Shown: positions 1 to 8,991 of the stretch, piece after piece
How positions within the stretch are numbered: position 1 is the stretch's first letter
Layout: each line of letters begins with the position of its first letter
NCBI GenBank assembly: GCA_900544455.1
Contig: UQVJ01000001.1
Coordinates: 1-63,690, forward strand
Source: an uncultured Eggerthella sp.
Lineage (GTDB): Bacteria; Actinomycetota; Coriobacteriia; Coriobacteriales; Eggerthellaceae
Length of the DNA stretch: 63,690 nucleotides
Direction: 5' to 3'
Position numbers and translations under genes: made by a program
The notes under the pieces: model-generated
The model's database searches: none
The model's input: the letters and a program-made list of their open reading frames with translations, nothing else
What the model was told of the DNA's origin: nothing

Positions 1-1617
1 GACCTGTTTGAGCACTTCCATCACTTCGGCAACGTTTTCTTTCAGCGGGTCCTCGATGTACAGAACGCCCCACAAAACGTTGTCCACTGCCAGGAACAAA
101 GGCGAAGTGCCACAGGCCTTCTCATGGATGGCCTCAAGCTCGGCAGGAGCAATGGGCACATGTTCGTCTTCCACCACGAAGTGCTCGGAACCGATCACGC
201 AGCGCTTGCCGTTGATGCTGGAGGCAATGCCGTGGGCAACTACGTACTCCACTTCAGCGTGGCGCTCGCGGTGCTCCAGCCCGCGCTTCATGGCTTCGTT
301 CACCACGGCGCGCGCAACGGGGTGGGGGAAGTGCTCCTCCAAGCAGGCAGCCAGGCGAAGCACCTCTTCAGCGGGCATTTCGTTGTAGCTGGTTACCTCG
401 CGCACCGAAGGCGTTGCCTGGGTAAGCGTGCCCGTTTTGTCGAACACGATAACGTCGGCTTCGGCCATGTGCTTGAAGTAGCGCGAGCCCTTCACCGTGA
501 AGCCGCGCTTGGCGCTTTCGCTTTGCGCCGCCATAACGGCGATGCTGCCGGAAAGGCGCAGCGCGCAGGAGTAATCCACCATAAGCGCGGCGGCCGTTTT
601 GGTGAGGTTGCGCGTGGTAAGCGCCACGATGCCCGCCAGAAGGAAGTTCCACGGCACCAGCTTGTCGGCCATGGCTTCGATGTGCTTCTGGTCGGACGAT
701 TTCAGCGCTTCGGACTGTTCCACCATCGAAACGATGGAGCGTAGCTTGCTTTCCTCGGGGCTGCCGGAAATGCGTATGAAGATTTCGCCTTCTTCCACGG
801 TGGTGCCGGCGTATACGGTGTCGCCCGTTTTGCGCACGATTGCCAGCGGTTCGCCAGTAAGCGAGCTTTGGTTTACGCCTGCTTCGCCTGAAATGACCTC
901 GCCGTCGGCGGGAATCTGGCAACCAAGGCGCACTACCACGGTGTCGCCGTGTTTCAGCTCGCCAATGGCAACCTCGCGTTCAACATCGCCTTCCACTACG
1001 GTGGCGGTGCTGGGGATGTCGAACAGCGATCGCACCAGGCTGCTTTCGCTGCGGCGCTGGGTGTAATCTTCCAGGATTTCGCCCACCTTCAGAAGGAAGA
1101 TGGTGCTGCCGGCGGTTGCTGGCTTGCCCTGGATGAAGCCCATAGCAATTGCCGCGCCGTCCAAGACGGGCACGTCAAGACGACCATGGCGCAGGGAATC
1201 GAGCGCTGCTTTCCAGAATGGGATAGCGGAAATGATGGTCCATGCAGTGCGTAGCGGTACCGGAAGGAACCAGCGGCGCATAGCGCGGAACACGATCATG
1301 TTGGCAATCTGCGTGAACAGATGACGCGGACGCGGTGCCAGCATAAGCGAGTTTTCGGGCTCCCAGGCTTTAACCTCTTTGTACGTAAGCGCTTTGAGCT
1401 TGCTTACGATGGTGGTGCGTGCCAAGGCAAGCTCGGCTTTGCCGACTCCCTCGAATGCCACGGAAAGCGAGCCTGCCTTTGGGTAGGCAACGCACTTGGT
1501 TACGCAGGGGAGTGCCAAAAACGTTTCCTCGAGCGCGATCGCATCATGCTCAGGGATTTTCCCCTGAAGATCGAATCGGATCCTTCCGGGGATCTCGTGT
1601 TTGATCGCGAAACGCAT
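1..1617 (-). CDS. Heavy-metal-translocating P1B-type ATPase (SCA-motif, P1B-6-like), 3' end truncated by window edge
   Basis: Not in the ORF track because it has no stop in the window. Minus-strand translation from ATG 1617 gives MRFAIKHEIPGRIRF..., and the same strand contains LTGEP (A domain), VDYSCAL (TM metal site), FDKTGTLT (phosphorylation site) and FPHPVA (N domain). Confidence 0.92.
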   Translation of the reverse strand, partial: MRFAIKHEIPGRIRFDLQGKIPEHDAIALEETFLALPCVTKCVAYPKAGSLSVAFEGVGKAELALARTTIVSKLKALTYKEVKAWEPENSLMLAPRPRHLFTQIANMIVFRAMRRWFLPVPLRTAWTIISAIPFWKAALDSLRHGRLDVPVLDGAAIAMGFIQGKPATAGSTIFLLKVGEILEDYTQRRSESSLVRSLFDIPSTATVVEGDVEREVAIGELKHGDTVVVRLGCQIPADGEVISGEAGVNQSSLTGEPLAIVRKTGDTVYAGTTVEEGEIFIRISGSPEESKLRSIVSMVEQSEALKSSDQKHIEAMADKLVPWNFLLAGIVALTTRNLTKTAAALMVDYSCALRLSGSIAVMAAQSESAKRGFTVKGSRYFKHMAEADVIVFDKTGTLTQATPSVREVTSYNEMPAEEVLRLAACLEEHFPHPVARAVVNEAMKRGLEHRERHAEVEYVVAHGIASSINGKRCVIGSEHFVVEDEHVPIAPAELEAIHEKACGTSPLFLAVDNVLWGVLYIEDPLKENVAEVMEVLKQV

Positions 1618-1622
1618 GGTTG

Positions 1623-1889
1623 CTACTTGCCTTCTGCTTCCTGAGCTTCGGCGAGTTCCTTGGCGGCCTCTTCTTCAGCTTCTTCCGCACCCTTGTCGTA
1701 GCCAGCTTCAGCGAGGATGTCGTCGAGCTCTGCCTTTGCCTCGTCGACGATGGACTCAGCTTCTTCCTTGACCTTCAAACCCTGGGCAACGGTTGCTACG
1801 GCCGCCTTGCGCACTGGTTCGCTTTTCAGCGCCTTGACGCCGAGGGTTCCCAGCAGAAAGCCTGCTCCTACGAGAATTCCATGGTTCAT
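1623..1889 (-). CDS. Small ATPase-associated protein (DUF1490/DUF6110-like): N-terminal hydrophobic helix and acidic coiled tail
   Basis: AGGAGG RBS before ATG 1889; 88 aa MNHGILVGAGFLLGTLGVKALKS...; ends 5 nt before the ATPase start. Confidence 0.75.
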   Translation of the reverse strand: MNHGILVGAGFLLGTLGVKALKSEPVRKAAVATVAQGLKVKEEAESIVDEAKAELDDILAEAGYDKGAEEAEEEAAKELAEAQEAEGK

Positions 1890-1921
1890 TGCGTCCTCCT
1901 TAGAACTGCTTTTGTATGGTG

Positions 1922-1998
1922 AAAGTTCACCACCCTTAACATTCAAAGTTTACCACTGCAAACATCGTCTGGTTAAAAAAGTTTGCTAGTGTTAACAG
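1922..1998. promoter_or_regulatory. Three related pseudo-palindromic boxes, candidate DtxR/MntR-family metal-repressor operators
   Basis: AAAGTTCACCACCCTTAACAT (1922-1942), AAAGTTTACCACTGCAAACAT (1945-1965) and AAAGTTTGCTAGTGTTAACAG (1978-1998), directly upstream of the metal ATPase operon. Confidence 0.5.
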
Positions 1999-2280
1999 AA
2001 GTGTAAGGCGGCAATTCGAGGCAGGTGCAACCAAGCTCGTAAGGTGCATGATCCCGACTTGAAACGCGCTGTGCTGCGGGCTCGGTCAAGGGGGGGGGAT
2101 CCCAATGTGATAATGCGCTGTTCGCAAGCGCGGCATTTGGTCGATAAGAGGCGACTGCCTCATCATTGGAGGCGAACCATCAGGCTATTCGTCGTTTGCG
2201 GGCAAACGACCTTTGCGCTCTTTGCTCAATGCCATCCACGAAGGGCGCATGGTTGTTGCCGGTGGGCTATTTAGCAGGCT

Positions 2281-3387
2281 CTAAACCAATGAGTAACGGA
2301 GAACGCCTTGCGCGTCCTCTTCCCTGTTTATTCGGCCTTTGTCGGCAAGATACTCAAGATACGAAAACGTCATGGCAATGCGTCGCACACGCATGCCGAA
2401 CTCCAGCTCGTCGAACGCTCCATGAGAGCGCTGTGCAGAGGCGGCAACCTCTTTCGCTGTTGCGGTCTTTAGCTGAGACATGATTTCCATTCGCTTGGCC
2501 AGTGGTTTTTTGAACTTGCTAATCATGTATTCGTAGAACGCATCGATGTGGGCTGCTCCATAGAGCGGTTCGTGATGGGACATGAACACCGTTTCGAAGT
2601 CCATCGCCTTTAGGCGGGGGAATGTGCTCAGGAAACGGTCGAGCAAGTGGTCGTTGCGCCCAAACTGAACAAGAGAGGGTGCAGCATCTACCACATGGTC
2701 GCCGCTGAACAGTATCTTTTTCTTTGAATCGCCGAAGCACAGGTGCTCGGGTGCGTGACCGGGTGTTTCGATTGCGGAAATGGCCCAATCGCCAACCGAT
2801 ATGATATCGCCATCATGAAGGATGCTAGCGTGGGGCGTGGAAGGTTGTTGCACCTGCATGATGTACAGCAGCGTGTCGCGAAATTCCTCCCAGCAGGTGT
2901 CCAGTGCTTCGGGCCATCCGATCGCGCGTGCGTAATCGCGGCAAAAATCTTCGTTCACCTGGGGTAAGGCGCCATGGTATACCGTGCGTCCCCCTTGGTT
3001 CAAAAAATAAGAGAGGTTGCCCACGTGGTCGGCGTGAAAATGAGTTATAGCAACATCGGTATTGCTCCAGGGCACTTCGGCTCGTCGAAGCATGGCATCG
3101 AGGTGTTCTGTTCCAGTGAGCTGGGGGTGGCCGAGGTCTATGAACAAGCCCTGTTTGCCACGCTCAAAAAGCAGATACCGATCAATACGATCGGCAAAGT
3201 AGAAATTCTTGACATCGAATACGGCATGCAAGAGTCCGGGCACTGGTTCTTCCAGGGAAACCATCTTGTACGTTACATCGCCGAGCATATCGTCAAAACC
3301 GCTTTTGTCTGCGGTTGAGCTGCTGAATGTATCGGCTTTCGCAGTTGGCTGAATCGTGGAGCTGGGTTGTGCTGGGCTCTGTGACAT
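2281..3387 (-). CDS. MBL-fold metallo-hydrolase with C-terminal winged-helix-like region
   Basis: THFHADH, TPGHAPEH and SGDH motifs; start moved to ATG 3387 (GAAAGGA RBS). Confidence 0.85.
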   Translation of the reverse strand: MSQSPAQPSSTIQPTAKADTFSSSTADKSGFDDMLGDVTYKMVSLEEPVPGLLHAVFDVKNFYFADRIDRYLLFERGKQGLFIDLGHPQLTGTEHLDAMLRRAEVPWSNTDVAITHFHADHVGNLSYFLNQGGRTVYHGALPQVNEDFCRDYARAIGWPEALDTCWEEFRDTLLYIMQVQQPSTPHASILHDGDIISVGDWAISAIETPGHAPEHLCFGDSKKKILFSGDHVVDAAPSLVQFGRNDHLLDRFLSTFPRLKAMDFETVFMSHHEPLYGAAHIDAFYEYMISKFKKPLAKRMEIMSQLKTATAKEVAASAQRSHGAFDELEFGMRVRRIAMTFSYLEYLADKGRINREEDAQGVLRYSLV

Positions 3388-4030
3388 GGGGATTCCTTTC
3401 ATCGTTCCTATGATACGGGCCAGAGCCCTGTTTTGCGCATGGATTGTCGTTATTCGCTCGCGAGTGGCCAATTGCTTGCCATAACTTTGGTCCGTTGCCC
3501 CAATTTATCTGCGGATCAGTGTTCCGTCCCGCTGCCGCAACAACTTTTCGCGCGATTTTGCATGAAAATTGCGATTGCGGACGATTCGGACTCGTAAGTT
3601 CGGGGTTTTTTCGGGTAAATCCCCTCGTTTGAGGGCTAAAATCGCCGTTTTGCGCCAAGTGCAACTTGTTGAGGGATCCCCAACCGCAAATTTCTTGCAA
3701 AACTAACTGGATTTTTGTTTTGGCTCTCGCTTTTAGGGGGACTTAAGGGGCGGGCGCCTTTGCGGCGTGGGCGCGGAATCTCGATTTGCGTGCGAGCGTG
3801 CTGAATCCGCGCGTGAGCGGCGAGGGCATTTCCGTTGCTGGTGGCATTAGCTCGCTTGCCGATGAACCGCGCAGCGGACAGGCGCGAGTGGGCATGCTGG
3901 CTACCATTGAATGCAGTGGACACTTGCCAGAACCTGCTTAGCCCTTCTTCGACGGGTTCGGCCCCCGCCAGACGCTGCTGCGTTGGGCGGGGCCTGTCCG
4001 CAAAACGCACACGAATCCGGAAGGAGACCT

Positions 4031-4978
4031 ATGAAGATCGCTGTCCTGGAACCGCTGGGAATATCTGACGATAGCCTGCGTGGCCTGCTTGCCAAGGCAA
4101 CCGAGGGCCATGAAGTTGAGGTGGTGACGTATCCCGATCGCAAAGAGGACGAGGCTTCGCTTATCGAGCGCAGTTCCGATGCCGACATCGTAGTGGTGTC
4201 GAACATCAAGTATCCAGCTTCCGTGATGGAGAAAAATTCCAACCTTAAGTATGTGTGCGTTGCATTCACCGGCTACGACCATGTTGATATGGCGTATTGC
4301 CGTGAACATGGCATTCAGGTTTCCAACTGCGCTGGCTATTCCACGGTTGCCGTTGCCGACTTGGTGTTCGGTTTGACCTTGGACGTTCTGCGCAACATTT
4401 CCGCCCTGAACGCTATTGTTCGCCAGGGTGGCACTAAAGATGGCCTGGTGGGGCCTGAGCTTGAGGGCAAGCGTTTTGGCGTTGTTGGCGCTGGTGCTAT
4501 CGGTTCGCGTGTGATGCGCATCGCCCAGGCGTTTGGTTGCGAAGTGGTGTGCTACTCGCGTACCAAGAAGGACATCCCGGGTGTTGAGTTCGTCGAGTTG
4601 GATGAACTGCTGAAGACATCCGACGTGGTAAGCCTGCATATCCCGCAGACCTCTGAAACCACAGGCCTTATCAATGCGGAGAAGATTGCGCTGATGAAGC
4701 CCACGGCGGTGCTGATCAACTGCGCTCGCGGTCCTGTTGTCGATTCCGAAGCGCTTGCCGCTGCGCTCAACGAGGGGCGCATTGCCGGTGCCGGCATTGA
4801 CGTTTTGGAGATGGAGCCTCCGTTCCCTGCTAATCACCCGCTTCTGAACAGCAAGAACACCGTGGTAACTCCGCATGTTGCCTTTGCTTCTCATCAGGCA
4901 ATGGAGAAGCGTGCCGTTATCGTGGCGGACAATGTTGCGTCCTATCTGGAAGGCGATACGGCAAACCTGGTTTCATAG
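4031..4978 (+). CDS. D-isomer-specific 2-hydroxyacid dehydrogenase
   Basis: GVVGAGAIG Rossmann motif, LINCARGPVVD, TPHVAF; AAGGAG RBS before ATG 4031. Confidence 0.92.
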   Translation: MKIAVLEPLGISDDSLRGLLAKATEGHEVEVVTYPDRKEDEASLIERSSDADIVVVSNIKYPASVMEKNSNLKYVCVAFTGYDHVDMAYCREHGIQVSNCAGYSTVAVADLVFGLTLDVLRNISALNAIVRQGGTKDGLVGPELEGKRFGVVGAGAIGSRVMRIAQAFGCEVVCYSRTKKDIPGVEFVELDELLKTSDVVSLHIPQTSETTGLINAEKIALMKPTAVLINCARGPVVDSEALAAALNEGRIAGAGIDVLEMEPPFPANHPLLNSKNTVVTPHVAFASHQAMEKRAVIVADNVASYLEGDTANLVS

Positions 4979-4994
4979 CAGATTGCCATGTTTC

Positions 4995-5130
4995 GGGTGG
5001 GAAAGTAGGGCAGGCACCAGATTCCCACTTAGGCATAGCACGCAAAGACAGAGCCTCGCTTGCGAAGAAATGTGCAAGCGAGGCTCTACTTGTTGGACGG
5101 GAATCCAGTGCCTGTTCCTATCTCTCACTT
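4995..5130. repeat. Long nested imperfect inverted repeat (about 136 nt)
   Basis: Inner perfect 14-bp stem AGAGCCTCGCTTGC (5050-5063) / GCAAGCGAGGCTCT (5074-5087); outer arms GTGGGA..GTAGGGCAGGCAC..GATTCCC and GGGAATC..GTGCCTGTTCCTAT..TCTCAC. Confidence 0.7.
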
Positions 5131-5222
5131 GCCCCAATCCTTCTGTTATTGGCTCAGCCTAATGCCGGCTATGGGGAATGGCAGGGTACCGAACGGGGTG
5201 CTCTACGCTCATAATTGCAGTC

Positions 5223-5744
5223 ATGCACAAGCTTTACTTCGCATACGGATCAAACATGGACTTCGATCAAATGAAGTTCCGCTGCCCTGGGGCTGAATAC
5301 CTGGGCGTAGCAACGCTGCCCAACTATGAGTTGAAAATGGATGCAGCGGGCTTCGCAACGGTAATCCCCGCACCGGGCAAGCACGTGCAGGGCGCGCTCT
5401 GGGACTTGAGCAACGCCAACGAAAACAAGATGGATGGTTTCGAGGGCGTTTCTTCCCATTGTTACGAGAAAAGCTATGTGGAAGTGCAGTACGCCGGCAA
5501 CCATACCGAAAGCACCATCATCTCGGGCGCATTCGGTTTTGGCGAATTCGAGCCTGCCGCCCAGGATGCTTACACGTTAGAAGCACTCATCTACCTTTCC
5601 CTGCGCGGCCCCTTCTACGACTGGTCGTTCCGCGAAGATTATGTGACCAAGGTGCGAAACGGTGCCGCCGGTATTGGCGTTGATGCGCACACCCTCAACC
5701 AGTTGCAAAACATACAGATCATTCCCAGCGCGCATGTTGCTTAA
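5223..5744 (+). CDS. Gamma-glutamylcyclotransferase-family protein
   Basis: N-terminal YFAYGSNM signature, VQGALW, DGFEG. Confidence 0.85.
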   Translation: MHKLYFAYGSNMDFDQMKFRCPGAEYLGVATLPNYELKMDAAGFATVIPAPGKHVQGALWDLSNANENKMDGFEGVSSHCYEKSYVEVQYAGNHTESTIISGAFGFGEFEPAAQDAYTLEALIYLSLRGPFYDWSFREDYVTKVRNGAAGIGVDAHTLNQLQNIQIIPSAHVA

Positions 5745-5749
5745 GCTGT

Positions 5750-5776
5750 AACGCCGTTCAATGAGCGGCGTTTTTT
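5750..5776 (+). terminator. Intrinsic terminator
   Basis: AACGCCGTTCA/TGAGCGGCGTT stem followed by a T-tract. Confidence 0.8.
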
Positions 5777-6048
5777 GTGCATGGCGGCGCTGGCGAGGTG
5801 AGGCCCGTATAGCTGACGGGCGGCGTCGGGTTAAGGCCAAGGAGGTCGATGAAGCGGTTGCTGAACGCTGCCGATTATTTGGCAGAACGTTGCCTGAAGT
5901 GGAGTTTCGGGCGCTTGATATGGCGGCGACCAAGCCCCTTGCCCTTGCGAACCTGCCGCTTCACTAACTCACAACAATTCACTGCTATCCTTTTAATAGA
6001 AGTATTCAGGCGCTCTTCGGGGCGCCTTGTTGTTCAGAAGGGAAACGC

Positions 6049-7314
6049 ATGACGGTTTTGGGTAGTGTGAAACGTCACTATGAAAAAGTTATTTGCGTTT
6101 GCTGCTTCTTGATCCTGTTTACCAATATCGGATTGCCCTCAACTTCATTTTCCGTATATCAGCCCTATCTTGTTGCCATTCCGGGGGTTGGGCATGCAGG
6201 GGGTTCGGTAATCCTTTCTGTGCGCACGTTTGTTTCCCTTGTTGCCATGTTCTTTGTGGCGCGCTACTACAGTTGGCTCAACTGCCGCATTGGCGCCTTT
6301 GTTGCCTCGATTTGCGTGGCCATCGGCTTTGGCTTGTATGCCCTCAACACCGAAAGCTACACTGGCCTATGCATTGCCTCGGTGTTTACGGGGCTGGGTT
6401 ATGGATTGGGTGGCATGATCTGCTCAACCATGCTTATCGGCCGCTGGTTTGAAACGAATGTTGCAACGGTTGCGGGCATTGCCGCCGTGGGCTCGGGTGT
6501 TGCCGCGGTGGTTTTGCCGCCTATTGTGGTTGCGGTGGTGAATGCCACTTCGCTTTCTGCCGCATTTGCCCTAGAGGCGGCTTTGGCATTGACGCTGGGG
6601 CTTTTGGTGTTTGCTCTGCTGCGCAATTTCCCAGAAGACATGGGCTTAAAGCCCTATGTTTCGAAGAAGGCCGAAAAGAGCAAGAGCGCAGGCAAACCGA
6701 AGCGCGCTCGCATGAATAGGGATGTGCCCCATTCGTTCCTTCCCGTATTGATGGTTGCCATGATATTCGTTGGCTGTGCAAGCGTAGGAGGCAATGGCTA
6801 TTTGGGCGTCTTGTTCACTTCCGAAGGGTTTTCAACCGAGGCTGCAGCAGCCCTCATCGCAGTGAGTGGCGCCTGCCTGATGGTGTCGAAGCTCTTCAAC
6901 GGGGTGATATTCGACACCATTGGCACACGCAACGGTTCGGTGCTGTTTTTCTTGCTTTTCATCGGGGGCACGGGTTTGCTGTGTTTAAGCGATATGGGCT
7001 CGAGTTGGTTGGCCACAGCGGCTGCGGTCATGTTTGGCCTGGGCCTTTCCTTGGGCACGGTGGGTATTTCGGTATGGTCTATTGAACTTGCGCCAAAGGG
7101 AAGGGAAGTGCAGACCATTCGCAATTTCCAGATTTGCTATGCCCTGGGCGGCTTCATTTTCATGCTGCTGCCGGGTTTTCTCGCCGAAGCGTTCGGCACT
7201 TACCTGGTTTCCTATGCGGCGTTGTTCTTCATGCTTATTGCCGCTGCAGCCGTGATTGTGGGGCTGTACACCGCGTGCGACCTGAAGGCGGCTCGTAACG
7301 GCGAGGGCCGTTAG
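6049..7314 (+). CDS. MFS transporter
   Basis: 421 aa with about 12 hydrophobic segments in two halves, a central polar loop and the GVIFDTIGTR motif-A-like repeat. Confidence 0.88.
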   Translation: MTVLGSVKRHYEKVICVCCFLILFTNIGLPSTSFSVYQPYLVAIPGVGHAGGSVILSVRTFVSLVAMFFVARYYSWLNCRIGAFVASICVAIGFGLYALNTESYTGLCIASVFTGLGYGLGGMICSTMLIGRWFETNVATVAGIAAVGSGVAAVVLPPIVVAVVNATSLSAAFALEAALALTLGLLVFALLRNFPEDMGLKPYVSKKAEKSKSAGKPKRARMNRDVPHSFLPVLMVAMIFVGCASVGGNGYLGVLFTSEGFSTEAAAALIAVSGACLMVSKLFNGVIFDTIGTRNGSVLFFLLFIGGTGLLCLSDMGSSWLATAAAVMFGLGLSLGTVGISVWSIELAPKGREVQTIRNFQICYALGGFIFMLLPGFLAEAFGTYLVSYAALFFMLIAAAAVIVGLYTACDLKAARNGEGR

Positions 7315-7394
7315 ATCGGAATTTGTCCGGTCTGTTTAATTCTTCCCTGTTCTTCCCCTTTTGTCCTCGGGAGATTTCAGCGGCTGCTTCAAAC

Positions 7395-7431
7395 GTAACA
7401 ATGATTAACTCCGCTTTACATTTATGTAAGA
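7395..7431 (+). promoter_or_regulatory. Candidate PHO-box-like direct repeats (OmpR/PhoP family)
   Basis: GTAACA, TTAACT, TTTACA and GTAAGA at 10-11-nt periodicity upstream of a Pit gene. Confidence 0.4.
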
Positions 7432-7572
7432 TTTCGCTTGCTAAGCTTGCATCCGCAATAAGGGAAACCGTGCGGATCTGCAGGCGGCAGAAACTCGGAT
7501 AAAGCCTGTTGGATACTCTGGCGATTCCCTTTGCGCGTGATGGCGAATGAAAAGGGAGGAACAGAGAAAAAC

Positions 7573-8730
7573 ATGGATATCGCAACACTGGTTGTCGTTG
7601 TGCTGGTCATCGCGGTGGCGTTAACGTTCGACTTCACGAATGGCTTCCACGATACGGCAAACGCTATGGCAACCTCAATTGCAACGGGTGCGTTGAAGCC
7701 GAAAACGGCTGTTATCGCAGCTGGTACGTTGAACCTGATCGGTGCGTTTTTGTCCACCGAGGTGGCCAAAACCATTTCGGGCGGCATCATCAATGAGCAA
7801 CAAGTTACCATCGGCGCCGAATTCATATTTGCCGGATTGGTAGGTGCTATTCTGTGGAACCTGATGACGTGGTTGGTTGGCCTGCCCTCTAGTTCCTCCC
7901 ATGCGCTGTTCGGCGGCTTGGTGGGCGCGGTAATCGTGGGCGCAGGCGTTGAGGGCATTAACTTCGGCGCTGTTGTTGCAAAGGTTCTTGTTCCTGCTCT
8001 TATTTCTCCTATCGTTGCCGGCTTGGCAGCATTCGTGGCGGTGAAATTAATATATTTCATTGTCCGTAAACTGGACGAAAAGTATGTAGAGACGGGCTTC
8101 CGTCATGGTCAGACCATTACGGCATGCTTGGTAGCGCTTTCTCATGGCACTAATGACGCTCAGAAGACCATGGGCATCATCACCCTTACCCTTATTGCCG
8201 TCGGTCTGCAGCCTTCTGGTTCTGGTCCTCAGCTGTGGGTTATTGCTGTGTGCGGCCTCGCAATTGCATTGGGCACTTATATGGGCGGCTGGCGTGTGAT
8301 TCGCACGCTGGGCAAGGGCCTTACCGAAATCGCAACGCCTCAGGGCTTTGCGGCAGAGGCTAGCTCGGCAACCACCATCTTGGTTTCTTCCCACTTGGGC
8401 TTCGCCCTTTCCACCACGCAGGTTTGCTCCGGTTCCATCATCGGCTCTGGCCTGGGCAAGAAGGGCGGCACAATCGACTGGAAGGTTGCCGCTCGTATGC
8501 TTATCGCTTGGCTGGTGACGTTCCCCGCTGCAGGTGCGATTGGTGCTGCTGCTTGCGCCGTTGCCAAGATCAACGTTTGGGGCACGCTTGCCGTTGCCGC
8601 AATCGCCGTTGTTGCAGCGCTTGTCATCTTCAGGCTCTCGCGCCGTAACCCCGTTAATGCGATGAACGTAAACGAAGGCTCCGAAGTCAAGGTAAACGCC
8701 AAGGCTGCAACGGCCGCGGCTGCAGCGTAG
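7573..8730 (+). CDS. Inorganic phosphate transporter (PiT family)
   Basis: NGFHDTANAMAT and SHGTNDAQK PiT signatures. Confidence 0.95.
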   Translation: MDIATLVVVVLVIAVALTFDFTNGFHDTANAMATSIATGALKPKTAVIAAGTLNLIGAFLSTEVAKTISGGIINEQQVTIGAEFIFAGLVGAILWNLMTWLVGLPSSSSHALFGGLVGAVIVGAGVEGINFGAVVAKVLVPALISPIVAGLAAFVAVKLIYFIVRKLDEKYVETGFRHGQTITACLVALSHGTNDAQKTMGIITLTLIAVGLQPSGSGPQLWVIAVCGLAIALGTYMGGWRVIRTLGKGLTEIATPQGFAAEASSATTILVSSHLGFALSTTQVCSGSIIGSGLGKKGGTIDWKVAARMLIAWLVTFPAAGAIGAAACAVAKINVWGTLAVAAIAVVAALVIFRLSRRNPVNAMNVNEGSEVKVNAKAATAAAAA

Positions 8731-8742
8731 AAAGGGAATCAC

Positions 8743-8973
8743 ATGCAAGAACTCATGAATTTTGCGACGGTTCTGATCGTTGCGGTGGGCATTGCTGGTT
8801 GCATTGGCGTGATGTACGCATCGGGTCTGCGCCTATGGGCAAAGAGCGGTGCTCCTGAAGGCGGAGACGGCTCTCCCAATTACCTGTTTCGATTCGCTTC
8901 GGTGGCATGCTTCGCGGCATGCGTGGTCGTAGTGCTGTTTGCGCTGTGGCTGATGATTCCGATGTTCCATTAA
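8743..8973 (+). CDS. Small two-TM membrane protein, co-transcribed with pit
   Basis: 76 aa, two hydrophobic helices, AAAGGGA RBS, 12 nt after the pit stop. Confidence 0.75.
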   Translation: MQELMNFATVLIVAVGIAGCIGVMYASGLRLWAKSGAPEGGDGSPNYLFRFASVACFAACVVVVLFALWLMIPMFH

Positions 8974-8991
8974 TAACGAGGGGATAAGAAT

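Noticed and set aside
8..1644. Plus-strand ORFs over the first 1.6 kb
   Set aside because: Antisense shadows of the minus-strand P-type ATPase.
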